From contig NW_027266266.1 in assembly GCF_022045235.1 (NCBI RefSeq), positions 22,940,001-23,004,000 of the forward strand: a DNA stretch of 64,000 bases. Reading direction: 5' to 3'. The notes beneath the pieces are model-generated. The model ran no database searches. It was not told the origin of the DNA and saw only the letters and a program-made list of their open reading frames with translations. The position numbers and the translations under genes were made by a program. The DNA comes from Haliotis cracherodii (taxonomy: Eukaryota). Below are positions 25,701-37,346 of the stretch, one piece after another (positions within the stretch are counted from its first letter, which is position 1; each line of letters starts with the position of its first letter).

Positions 25701-28700
25701 TGTTGTATTAATGTCTTATGTTTGCAATGGAGTTTTGTTTTTTTCATCAAAAGGTAAGTACAAGGTAGGTTTTTTTCAATATGTTTCAACATGGGGAAGG
25801 GGTCAGACATTGCATGCTTGTGACAGTTGTCCTTGTGTCTGGGGGTTGAAGTTTATGGCAGTATTGCTCCCAGACCTGGCGGGTAGCCAAGTGTGCGAAA
25901 GCTATGCCCAAATTTTTAAAAGTACTCAATTAACTTCGAAATTTTACTGCATCTGCCATCTTGTTTATTTGACTTACTGACTTTTGCCATTGACTTATTA
26001 CATTTCTTGGTGTGAATGTTGTCCAAACTGCACGAAATTGCTTTCCTCATTTTTCGGGAAAACCTGCTCACATCCTCGAAAAATCAATAGTTATCACAAA
26101 AGTGATTTCCAGACCAATAGTTACTCCGACAATGTCCTACATGTAACACATGTACCTGATGTTATGTCTGACTAGCGTAAAGGGTGTTACATCACCTGTT
26201 ATGGTGTTTTTACCCATTCACGAGTCCCTGTCTTTATGACACTAGACAGTGTAATAACTAATGGTTTATATCACTGTTTAGCACAAGCTTCCTCGGGTAT
26301 GTCTCACGGCATCTTCCCGAGGCCAGTTTCCACCCTTGCTGAACTAGGATGGAATTCCTGGGTTCGATCGTAGCGCCACCAGTGGGTATTACGAGTTATG
26401 TCCATTCTATGCCTCTCCCATATGGACCAATCAGATTCCACCTCTCGTATCACATGCATTTGCTTCAAACAAAATGGTGGCGCCCAGTCAAGACAATCGG
26501 ATCGACCATCAGGATCTATTTTGTGATGAAACGGTTCTTACTTCAGGAAGTACATCAAATCACGTGAGCACCTTGATTAAAAACATGAAAAGATTTGGAA
26601 AATATCTGTTGACAACAAGTTGGTGATGCACATGCTTTGCAAATCCTGCATGACAGTTTACGAACCAGATTTCGATTTCAGTTCGCGAATTTGATTGGAC
26701 AATGCATAGACACGTTAGTCCAGCCAAAATCTAACTCCATAATCCCAGCCTAGTTCGGCAAGGGTGGAAACTGGACTTTTATAGTCACTTAACTCACTTG
26801 CCTCGGGAAGATGGTCTCACGGTTGTAGTCCCATACAGGTTATGGTACTGAACCCCACAGTCCAACCAATAAATGCATAGTGTGAGATACGATAAGTTTA
26901 AAAATTTGAAAATTTGACAATAAATTGTATATTGACTTATCCTATCTCACACACTATATGCCCTCCCAATGATCCCCACATCACAGCTACTCTAGCCTGT
27001 CCATTCTAAGAAAGAGAATGATGTGGCAGGGCTAGTCAGGTGATTAAGTCGTGTAAGGTCACAGAGCACAGGATGATGGTGTGTGATCCTTTTGTTTGGG
27101 TGGTAAATGTGGTGATGGAGGGACGTTTTCGAGATCGAAAGAAGAAGGAAGAAATGCAGTGTGAGATAGGATAAGTATATCAACATACAATTTATATGTT
27201 AATTTTCAGTTTATTTTCATGTATTCCCTTTTAAGATCCAAGATGACAAACTGCTTGAAGGAGAGAGGAAGAAGCTGCAACTGCAGGAAGAAGAAAGGAG
27301 AAGGTAGACCTTTAGGGACTTGATATAACTAAACCATTTATCATATCAGACCCGTGGATATCCAGGGTAGAATAGGTCTTCAGCAACCCATGCTTGTCGT
27401 AACAGGCGACTATGCTTTTCATAAGAGGCGACTAACGGGATTGGGTGGTCAGACTCGCTGACTTGCATGTCATTGTATCCAAATTGTGTGGATCGGTGCT
27501 CATGATGTCAATCACTGGATTGTCTGTTCCAGACTCGATTACTTACAGACCATCGTCATATAGCTGGAATATTGGTGAGTGCGGCGTTAAACAACAAACA
27601 AATAAAAAAACAAATATTATTACAGGGACACAGGTGGCCAAGGCATAACAATTCACTTGCAGAGTTCAGTTATTACAACCTGATTTGAAATTTCTTGAGG
27701 AATTGATTGTTTCAAGTTTTGACTAATAATTAGTGGTTCTAGAAGCAAACGTTGTGCATCGGGTGTCAGAATTAGTCAAACGGTAGACTGCGTGTCATCG
27801 TAACTCAAAGTCATGGATCATTGCTTACATGTATGTATATATAGATTTCAGAATGGAACTCTTTGTCAATTTCTTAAAAAATGTGTGGTGTTTTTTCAGG
27901 AATGAACAAGAAAAGAAGCATGCAGTGTTGCAGTTTTATTCAAGGATTAAACAAACCCATGACAACCTGACAAGCTTGTTCGACAACTGTAAGTACAAGC
28001 AGCACCTGCCTGAGTCAGCCCACACCCCCAAGCAGGTGTGTGTGCAGATCCTAGCCAAGGCCGACGCCATGATGAAGAAGGGGGGCCTGGCGCCGGAGGA
28101 CCTGCAGGGGATGAAGAACTTGATGGAGTACTCAAAGAACACTTACGACTTCATGGTGAAGCACCTAGGTATGGCAAGAGCATGTGTGGCTGAGTGGTGA
28201 AGCACCTAGGTGTGGCAAGATCATGTGTGGCTGAGTGGTGAAGCACCTAGGTGTGGCAAGAGCATGTGTGGCTGAGTGGTGAAGCACCTAGGTGTGGCAA
28301 GAGCATGTGTGGCTGAGTGGTGAAGCACCTATGTATGGCAAGAGCATGTGTGACTTCATGGTGAAGCACCTATGTATGGCAAGATCATGTGTGGCTGAGT
28401 GGTGAAGCACCTAGGTGTGGCAAGAGCATGTGTGACTGAATGGTGAAGCACCTAGGTGGGGCAAAAGCATGTGTGACTTCATGGTGCACATCAATATGTG
28501 GCAAGAGCATGTGTGGCTGAGTGGTGAAGCACCTAGGTGTGGCAAGAGCATGTGTGGCTGAGTGGTGAAGCACCTAGGTGTGACAAGAGCATGTGTGGCT
28601 GAGTGTTGAAACATCAATATGTGGCAAGAGCATGTGTGACTTCATGGTGAACATCAATATGTGGCAAGAGCATGTGTGGCTGAGTGGTGAACATCAATGT

Positions 28701-31059
28701 GTGGCAAGAGTATGTGTGGCTGAGTGGTGAATCACCTAGGTGTGGCAAGAGCATGTGTGGCTGAATGGTGAACATCAATATGTGGCAAAAGTATGTGTGA
28801 GTGAGTGGTGAACATCAATATGTGGCAAGAGCATGTGTGACTTCATGGTGAACATCAATATGTGGCAAGAGTATGTGTGGCTGAGTGGTGAATCACCTAG
28901 GTGTGACAAGAGCATGTGTGGCTGAATGGTGAACATCAATATGTGGCAAGAGTATGTGTGAGTGAGTGGTGAATCACCTAGGTGTGACAAGAGCATGTGT
29001 GGCTGAATGGTGAACATCAATATGTGGCAAGAGCATGTGTGGCTGAGTGGTGAATCACCTAGGTGTGACAAGAGCATGTGTGGCTGAATGGTGAATCACC
29101 TAGGTGTGGCAAGAGCATGTGTGTCTGAATGGTGAACATCAATATGTGGCAAGAGCATGTGTGGCTGAGTGGTGAATCACCTAGGTGTGACAAGAGCATG
29201 TGTGGCTGAGTGGTGAATCACCTAGGTGTGGCAAGAGCATGTGTGGCTGAATGGTGAACATCAATATGTGGCAAGAGCATGTGTGGCTGAGTGGTGAATC
29301 ACCTAGGTGTGACAAGAGCATGTGTGGCTGAGTGGTGAAGCACCTAGGTGTGGCAAGAGCATGTGTGGCTGAATGGTGAACATCAATATGTGGCAAGAGC
29401 ATGTGTGGCTGAGTGGTGAATCACCTAGGTGTGACAAGAGCATGTGTGGCTGAGTGGTGAATCATCTAGGTGTGGCAAGAGCATGTGTGACTTCATTGTG
29501 AACATCAATATGTGGCAAGAGCACGTGTGAGTGAGTGGTGAACATCAATGTGTGGCAAGAGCATGTATGAGTGAGTGGTGAAACATCTAGGTATGGCAAG
29601 AGCATGTATGAGTGAGTGGTGAAACATCTAGGTGTGGCAAGAGCATGTGTGACTTCATGGTGAACATCAATGTGTGGCAAGAGCATGTGTGACTGAATGG
29701 TGAACATCAATATGTGGCAAGAGCATGTGTGGCTGAGTGGTGAAGCACCTAGGTGTGACAAGAGCATGTGTGAGTGTGTGTTGAAACATCAATGTGTGAC
29801 AAGAGCATGTGTGGCTGAGTGGTGAATCACCTAGGTGTGGCAAGAGCATGTGTGGCTGAATGGTGAACATCAATATGTGGCAAGAGCATGTGTGGCTGAG
29901 TGGTGAAACATCTAGGTATGGCAAGAGCATGTGTGGCTGAGTGGTGAAACATCTAGGTATGGCAAGAGCATGTGTGGCTGAGTGGTGAAACATCAATGTG
30001 TGACAAGAGCATGTGTGGCTGAGTGCTGAAATATCAATGTGTGACAAGAGCATGTGTGGCTGAGTGGTGAAAAATGTAGGTGTGACAAGAGCATGTATGA
30101 GTGAGTGCTGAAATATCTAGGTATGGCAAGAGCATGTGTGGCTGAGTGGTAAAACATGTAGGTGTGACAAGAGCATGTATGAGTAAGTGCTGAAATATCT
30201 AGGTGTGACAAGAGCATGTGTGGCTGAGTGGTGAAACATCAATGTGTGACAAGAGCATGTGTGTGGTGAAACATGTATGATGTAGGTTTGGCAAGAGCAT
30301 GTGTGATTTCATGATGAGGTGAGGTGAGGTGAAATTGGGTTTAACGTCGTGTCCAAGATTATTGCACTTATATAGCGACGTGCATTCACGTGTGTGTGTG
30401 TGTGTGGCTGCGCTGCGGCTGCTTGTACTAGTCCGGCCTGATGCGGATTTAAAGTGCTAGCTCACTGAGATACCATGCCGCAGTTCAACATGAATACCCC
30501 ACTCAGACACAGTATACTGACTCCGAGCCGACCCGTACTTGTTTTAGCCCCTTAATGCCGAGCGCCAGAAAGGGTAACAACAAGTACCATCTTTTAACGT
30601 CTTTTGGTATGACGCGGCCGGGGATCAAACCCCGGACCTTCCGCTCTCTGGGCGGATGCTCTACCACTAGACCACAGAGGCGGTCTGATTTCATGATGAA
30701 ACATCTAGCTGTGGCATTTTGACTCTATATTAAGACAGTTAAGTTTGCTATCATCACCAATGTATTAACATATGCCAATAAGTTGAAAGTATGTCATGAA
30801 TATGTTGTGAGACCTATGGCTTAAAATTAAGATGAAATAGACATCCATGACTTGGTGTACTTGCTGAGAACATGCCAAACTGTCATGAATATATTTTTCT
30901 GCATACAAGTATTGGACAATTGTGTCAGTAACATTGAATCAAGGTCAGTATATTGTGTGCTACAAATTGTTTAGGTTTTAGAGAAGTACATCTTTCTTTT
31001 TATTGTTCTTTCAGAGGAGGCCACAAGGAAAGGCAAGGCAGAGGAAGTCGAGCTGGCCA

Positions 31060-31091
<32 letters not shown>

Positions 31092-34000
31092 GCACAGCAT
31101 AAGGCAGCGGCCGAAGCAGCTCAGGTAGGAGACATGAGTTAATTAGTGACAATTGTTGAGGAGCCTTAAAAACTGTATAGAACTTTGGCCACTGAAAAAT
31201 GATCTGAATGATTTCTGAAAAACAACTTTGAAGAAAAGGTTATGCAGCTAATTGTTTTCGGAAGGGTTGCGAACATTGTCTGTCGCCATAACACATTAAT
31301 TATTAGATTTTCATCAAGTTCACCTCAGATCCCTACCAACAGCACATCATTTTATTGGCCCAAAGTAACTACCAACAATGAAACTTTCTCTGTGTGTTAT
31401 GTTCTTTCTTTACTTGATACAATATGTCATATATGTACAGGTCTGTCAAACCTGGATGCCAGGATTGGGTTGTCAATAAAAGAATGAAACAAAAGCCTCC
31501 TGCCTCCAAATTTTGAATTTGTATGAAAATCTAGAAATTAATTGTGCTCTGATATTAAGAAAACAATTGTTTTACCTTACCTGATGCTGCACAGTGCTTT
31601 AGCTTCCTACCTTATACAAACAGACAGTACTGGAACAGAGACACAGCTGAAACAGACCAATAGCCCATGCCCCAATAGGTAGGGAAGCAAAACCACTGTG
31701 TAGCATCAGGTACCTATAACAACATTGCATTATACCGAAATGCTCATATCAGTGCACATAATCTTGATAATGAAGATTGGGATGCGTATCTGTTGTTAGC
31801 TGTGTTGTTTGAAAGGATAAGGTTTTTATTGTTATTTTAGAACTAAATATAAGCCATTCTGTTTCGGATAGTGTGAGGTTTTCCATAACATGTGTACAGG
31901 CACATAGAGACACAATTGTTAGTTCTTCCCAACAGAGGGAAGGTTGGGTAGCATGTGGTTAGAGCGTTTGCTCGTCACGGCAAAGACCTGGGTTTGATTC
32001 CCGACATAGGTACAATGTGTGAAGCCCATTTCTGGTTTTCCCCGCCGTCATATTGCTGGAATATGGCAAAAAGCGGCATAAAACCAAACATGCTCAGACT
32101 CACTCTTCCCAAGAGACAGCATCAGTTTATTATCTGCCTCTGAGACATGGAACAAGTTGCATGTATGGATACATGTGTCTTGTGTACCTGTTGTAGGCAG
32201 CGGCTGCACCAACGCCCGGTGTTCCAGCAACTCCAGGCACTCCATCAGCAGGTAGGTTGGAACGAGGGATCTTGAGTAGAGATTACCGAGCAGCTTGATC
32301 ACCCCGGAGTGAGAACTGACCAGATAACTTCAAGAGTCAGTCAGGGTCATGGATGGCCTAGTTGTCAAACATGTCTAAGGCGCCGCAATTCACTGTGCAG
32401 ATTTTCATCCCTGGATGTCAGAAAAACTGTTTGACCTGTGGTGATTCCTTGTTAGAATAGGTCCCCAGCAACCTATGCTGGTCGTAAGAGCCGACAAAAC
32501 GGATCGGGTGGTCAGGCTCAGTGACTTGGTTCGTTGTGTATTATCATACCCCGATGATGTAGATCATTGCTCACAATCTTGATCACTGGGTTATCAGGTC
32601 CATACTCGAATATTTGTGGCCTTAAAAAAGCAAATTAGTGTCCATAGAGGTTTTATACCAACTCACTCCCTGTTCCTGCATACACTGTAGCTATTACTGC
32701 TAGTGATGACTTGTCACAACTTGGATCAGAAAAATCTACAGCTTCCTGTAACTACATGTTTTGAATAAGGGCTGGTTCATCTCAGCTGGTAAATGTTTCT
32801 GACTTGTAGCCACATCAATGCCTTCATATAAATTTCCAACCTCACTTGACCCGTGAAGATCTGGGGTAGAATAGGTCTTCAGTAACCCATGCTTGCCGTA
32901 AAAGGCAACCTTTCGTGTCGTAAGGCACGACTGACAGGATGGGGTGGTCAGGCTCACTTACTTGGTTGATGCTTGTCATCGTATTTCAAATGCGTGGAAC
33001 AATGCTCATGATGTCAATGACTTGATTATTTAGATACCGATGTTATATAAGCCGGAATATTGCTGAGTACGAAGTTAAACAACAAAACAAGCATCCAACC
33101 TCACTTGTCTCGAAAATGATTTCTGTTCTACAATCATTGATATTTTGAAATCTAGAAATCTAACGAAACCTAGGACTTGCCAGTTTTTTGTGCATAAATT
33201 CCTCTAGAGAAAAACAAACTTGTGTTGAGGACAGAAATAAATGTGTTTCATGTGTGTTTCAGTTGCCCGGAGACAGAGTGTTATTGATGAGGTGGTGACA
33301 GAGTATGAGCTGTACAAGGCCAAGCTAGATGATGTGCTGAAGTCCCTTGCTGCATTTACAGCTAATACACAGGTAAGGCCAAGCTAGATGATGTGCTGAA
33401 GTCCCTTGCTGCGTTTACAGCTAATACACAGGTAAGGCCAAGCTAGATGATGTGCTGAAGTCCCTTGCTGCGAATACAGCTAATACACAGGTAAGGCCAA
33501 GCTAGATGATGTGCTGAAGTCCCTTGCTGCGTTTACAGCTAATACACAGGTAAGGCCAAGCTAGATGATGTGCTGAAGTCCCTTGCTGCGTTTACAGCTA
33601 ATACACAGGTAAGGCCAAGCTAGATGATGTGCTGAAGTCCCTTGCTGTGTTAACAGCTAATACACAGGTAAGGCCAAGCTAGATGATGTGCTGAAGTCCC
33701 TTGCTGCGTTTACAGCTAATACACAGGTAAGGCCAAGCTAGATGATGTGCTGAAGTCCCTTGCTGTGTTAACAGCTAATACACAGGTAAGGCCAAGCTAG
33801 ATGATGTGCTGAAGTCCCTTGCTGCGTTAACAGCTAATACACAGGTAAGGTCAAGCTAGATGATGTGCTGAAGTCCCTTGCTGTGTTAACAGCTAATACA
33901 CAGGTAAGGCCAAGCTAGATGATGTGCTGAAGTCCCTTGCTGCGTTAACAGCTAATACACAGGTAAGGCCAAGCTAGATGATGTGCTGAAGTCCCTTGCT

Positions 34001-37000
34001 GCGTTTACAGCTAATACACAGGCAAGGCCAAGCTAGATGATGTGCTGAAGTCGCTTGCTGCGTTTACAGCTAATACACAGGTAAGGCCAAGCTAGATGAC
34101 ATGTTGAAGTCCCTTGCTGCGTTAACAGCTAATACACAGGTAAGGCCAAGCTAGATGATGTGCTGAAGTCCCTTGCTGCGTTTACAGCTAATACACAGGT
34201 GAGGCCAAGCTAGATGATGTGCTGAAGTCCCTTGCTGCGTTTACAGCTAATACACAGGTAAGGCCAAGCTAGATGATGTGCTGAAGTCCCTTGCTGCGAA
34301 TACAGCTAATACACAGGTAAGGCCAAGCTAGATGATGTGCTGAAGTCCCTTGCTGCGTTAACAGCTAATACACAGGTAAGGCCAAGCTAGATGATGTGCT
34401 GAAGTCCCTTGCTGCGTTTACAGCTAATACACAGGTAAGGCCAAGCTAGATGATGTGCTGAAGTCCCTTGCTGTGTTAACAGATAATACACAGGTAAGGC
34501 CAAGCTAGATGATGTGCTGAAGTCCCTTGCTGCGTTTACAGCTAATACACAGGTAAGGCCAAGCTAGATGATGTGCTGAAGTCCCTTGCTGCGTTTACAG
34601 CTAATACACAGGTAAGGCCAAGCTAGATGATGTGCTGAAGTCCCTTGCTGCGTTAACAGCTAATACACAGGTAAGGCCAAGCTAGATGATGTGCTGAAGT
34701 CCCTTGCTGCGTTAACAGCTAATACACAGGTAAGGCCAAGCTAGATGATGTGCTGAAGTCCCTTGCTGCGTTTACAGCTAATACACAGGTAAGGCCAAGC
34801 TAGATGATGTGCTGAAGTCCCTTGCTGCGTTTACAGCTAATACACAGGTAAGGCCAAGCTAGATGACATGTTGAAGTCCCTTGCTGCGTTAACAGCTAAT
34901 ACACAGGTAAGGCCAAGCTAGATGATGTGCTGAAGTCCCTTGCTGCGTTTACAGCTAATACACAGGTAAGGCCAAGCTAGATGATGTGCTGAAGTCCCTT
35001 GCTGCGTTTACAGCTAATACACAGGTAAGGCCAAGCTAGATGATGTGCTGAAGTCGCTTGCTGCGTTTACAGCTAATACACAGGTAAGGCCAAGCTAGAT
35101 GATGTGCTGAAGTCCCTTGCTGCGTTTACAGCTAATACACAGGTATCCAGGTGCGACCCAGACTTCATCAACATTGAAGTTACCTGACAGTCAAATAGGG
35201 GAGCTAACTCTTGTCAGTTCACTAAGTGATTCACATATCCGAAAAGTTCACATATCATGATCAATCACTGGTTTGTCTGGTCCAGACTCAGTTATTTACA
35301 GGCTGCTGTTACCCTATGTTAATTTTATTATGTTTGTAATTGAAACAACAGGAAGGATTCCTGGTTGTATGTCTTTAAAAAGTTGACACTGTAACAAGTC
35401 CAATTGTCTGTCTTCCCCAGATGAAGAAGTATCGGTTTGAGCTGCAGAAATCCGTGAACACCCCCATCAATTCCATCGCCCCGGTCGATGGCTCCAACCT
35501 GAGGGACAAGCTGCAGAAACTCATCCACCTGCTCGGGGGACATCAGATCGAGGGCAAACATGTCTCTGCTAAAGATACACCAGAGGGAATCTCCTTCTGT
35601 AAAAACCTCATAGCCAAAATGTTTGTGGTAAGACCTTGTTTTTCAGATATAGATTTATATTACTTATACTTTTACCTGCCGTGATATTGCTGGAATATTG
35701 CTAAAAGCGGCGTAAAACCATACTCACTCACTCACTTATACTTAGTTACAAGACCCGTGAAGATCCGGGGTAGAATAGGTCTTCAGCAACCCATGCTTGC
35801 CATAAGCGACTATGCTTGTCGTAAGAGGCGGCTAACGGGATCGGGTGGTCAGGCTCGCTGACTTGGTTGATGCATGTCATCGATCCGATTTGCGTGGATC
35901 GATGCTCATGAAATTAATCACTGGATTGTCTGGTCCAGACTCGATTATTTACAGACCGCCGTCAAATAGCTGGAATATTGCTGAGTGCGGCATTAAACAA
36001 CACCCTAACCAACCAACCAACTTAGTTATAATACCGGGTCACAGGTAGCCGTCATCCAAGGCACCATAATTCGCTGTGAAGAATTACCTCCCTTGGGCAT
36101 GCCAGAAGCAATTTCTTTGTAAAGGGTATATTGCATGTATCAGTGCTTTAACATTATCTTGCAGAAAAAGGGAGAAGAGCAGGTCTCTTCTAAACATGAA
36201 TCAGCATTTGCGATCGCCATGGTAGCAGCAGGACTGTGGTTAGAACACAGTGATGTTGGGGACCTGATGTTGGCCCACTTCCACAGCTTCTGTCCCTACA
36301 TTGTGCCGCTCTACATACCCAAAGACAGCAGCATGTCGTCCCAGGACTACCACAGGTAGGACCATCGTATAGCTCCCATATACTAACTGGAAAAGGGGTG
36401 GTCAGGTAGCCCAGTGGTCAAAAGCGTTTGTCATCATGCAATAGGTCTGGGTTTGATTCCCCATTTGGGTACAATGTGTCCCATTTCTGGTGTTCCCTGC
36501 TTGATCACTATACTGGAATGGATGTAGATGTGTTGACATCTTCCTCAGATTTAACGAAAGTCTTTGTTGTTTCTGCAGACCACTTCGGGGATTTGAGGGA
36601 AGAATAGATCCCCAGTAATAGCCTACTAAAGTGTAGATTGGGTGGTCTAGATCTGTGATTTTGCAAGGACTGTTTCAGTCACTGACTAGATAATTGTTTG
36701 GGAATCCTGAAATTTAATGCAGATATTTAGGTGATTTCCTCACATCCACTGTCAACTCTGTTGCAAGTACAAATCCACAGGAATGTTTTGTGTGGGTTCT
36801 CTTGGTTTAGTATTTCTTAGAAAATATTTGCTATTTCTGAATTGGATTTTGTAAGCTTCACATTTTATGAACTTCTTTTCTTTTCTTTTCAGAATGCTAG
36901 GTTACAAAGTTGATTCCAACGGAACCATAGAAGCTCAGGACAAGTTCCTGAAGAGGATGTCTGGCATTATGCGACTGTATGCCGCGATTCTTGTCTCGTC

Positions 37001-37346
37001 TCCACCAAGATCAAATGCTGTTCACCCCCACGGCATAGAGCACGCCTGGATCTGGTTATCGCGAGTTCTGAACATGGACCCTCAGCCTGACATTACAGCG
37101 ACCTTGACCTATGACATGCTGCAGGTGGCAGGTCATACACTGTTCAGTGCGTACAAGGTTCAGTTTGTGAAGCTGCTGTTCCTTCTCTACAAAGAGTTCT
37201 TGCCCAAGTTGAAAAGTGTATCCGTTGCTGGTGGGCCAGTAGCAAGGCTGGAGCAGTTCCTTGAACAAACATTGAACAAGTTTAAGATGAAGCAGATAAT
37301 GCCACATCCAGATGGGTATCTTGCACAAAACTTTTGGTTTTCTTGA
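16757..37346 (+). CDS. GLE1: mRNA export factor / nucleoporin GLE1, 13 exons, ~691 aa
   Basis: Phase-consistent exons: 16757-16837, 18133-18257, 18387-18582, 19729-19877, 21769-21829, 27236-27303, 27900-28168, 31015-31124, 32197-32251, 33263-33372, 35421-35627, 36165-36355, 36893-37346 (2076 nt). N-terminal LKRTNKGLLRYKRE, coiled-coil middle, and the GLE1 C-terminal domain (LQKSVNTPINSI, KGEEQVSSKHESAF, FLKRMSGIMRLYAAI, HGIEHAWIWL, GGPVARLEQFL). The 5' exons are less certain than the 3' ones. Confidence 0.9.
17402..17938. mobile_element. TA-flanked MITE (CTGTAAACAG termini)
   Basis: TA|CTGTAAACAG...CTGTTTACAG|TA with imperfect extended TIRs. Confidence 0.75.
18922..19412. mobile_element. MITE family D (internally deleted)
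   Basis: CATCTTCC.../...GGAAGATG long TIRs; TSD GCTCCCCAA/GCTCCCCAC. Confidence 0.88.
21576..21741 (+). mobile_element. Family A SINE inserted just upstream of the GLE1 exon-5 acceptor
   Basis: Full-length copy with TSD CTCACATTATCTG on both sides. Confidence 0.9.
21853..22365. repeat. ~24-bp minisatellite in GLE1 intron 5, interrupted by a SINE
   Basis: GATCTTGTATCGTATCAAA(A/T)GTTT units starting about 25 bp after the donor at 21830. Confidence 0.85.
22760..23304. mobile_element. MITE family D, ~545 bp, ~70-bp TIRs, 9-bp TSD
   Basis: TIR CATCTTCCCGAGGCAAG..GTTAACTGA..AAAGTCCAGTTTCCACCCTTGCCGAACTAGG; TSD TGTAACACT/TATAACACT. Confidence 0.92.
23568..24071. mobile_element. MITE family E, ~500 bp, long TIRs, 9-bp TSD
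   Basis: TIR CAATCTCATT(A/T)AAATCAGA.CT.AGTTCTCGCTACCG.TAAACAAAGATCTGAG; TSD CAAAGTTTC. Confidence 0.92.
26310..26813. mobile_element. MITE family D
   Basis: Perfect 9-bp TSD GTCTCACGG. Confidence 0.92.
28147..30716. repeat. 40/41-bp tandem array made of GLE1 exon-7 end plus donor (~50 units), with a V-SINE inserted near its distal end
   Basis: Unit GT(A/G)TGGCAAGAGCATGTGTGGCTGAGTGGTGAAGCACCTAG; the real donor is CTAG|GTATGG at 28168/28169. Confidence 0.93.
30318..30685 (-). mobile_element. tRNA-derived SINE with a V-domain-like body, family C, 14-bp TSD
   Basis: tRNA head, body GTCATACCAAAAGACGTTAAAAGATGGTAC..CTGGCGCTCGGCATTAAGGG, internal (CA)n, (CCTCA)n tail; TSD TGATTTCATGATGA at 30304-30317 and 30686-30699. 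Other copies at about 3472-3858, 11808-12081(-), 13333-13657, 51450-51820(-), 60212-60602(-). The V-domain assignment is from recall and was not searched. Confidence 0.85.
31579..31712. mobile_element. Palindromic MITE-like inverted repeat
   Basis: TACCTGATGCTGCACAGTG..GCTTCCTACC / GGTAGGGAAGC..CACTGTGTAGCATCAGGTA. Confidence 0.65.
33317..35145. repeat. 59-bp tandem array, exactly 30 extra copies of GLE1 exon-10 end plus donor
   Basis: Unit GTAAGGCCAAGCTAGATGATGTGCTGAAGTCCCTTGCTGCGTTTACAGCTAATACACAG. First donor at 33373, last at 35143; 1770 = 30 x 59. Confidence 0.97.
35752..36020 (+). mobile_element. Non-tRNA SINE-like retroposon, family B (~270 bp), representative copy
   Basis: Head GACCCGTGAAGATCCGGGGTAGAATAGGTCTTCAGCAACCC; tail ATAGCTGGAATATTGCTGAGTGCGGC.TTAAAC+(AAC)n, similar to the family A tail. 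Other copies at about 3130-3335, 6856-6939(-), 8166-8402(-), 14476-14720, 19420-19640, 24313-24517, 27349-27608, 32430-32620, 32848-33090, 38785-39023(-), 45565-45765, 56375-56575. Confidence 0.85.

Noticed and set aside
28385-30217. His/Thr-rich minus-strand ORFs
   Set aside because: Translations of the 41-bp array.
33317-35145. CRISPR-like appearance of the regular arrays (also 28147-30716 and 62470-63535)
   Set aside because: No unique spacers and no cas genes; these are head-to-tail tandem repeats in eukaryotic introns.
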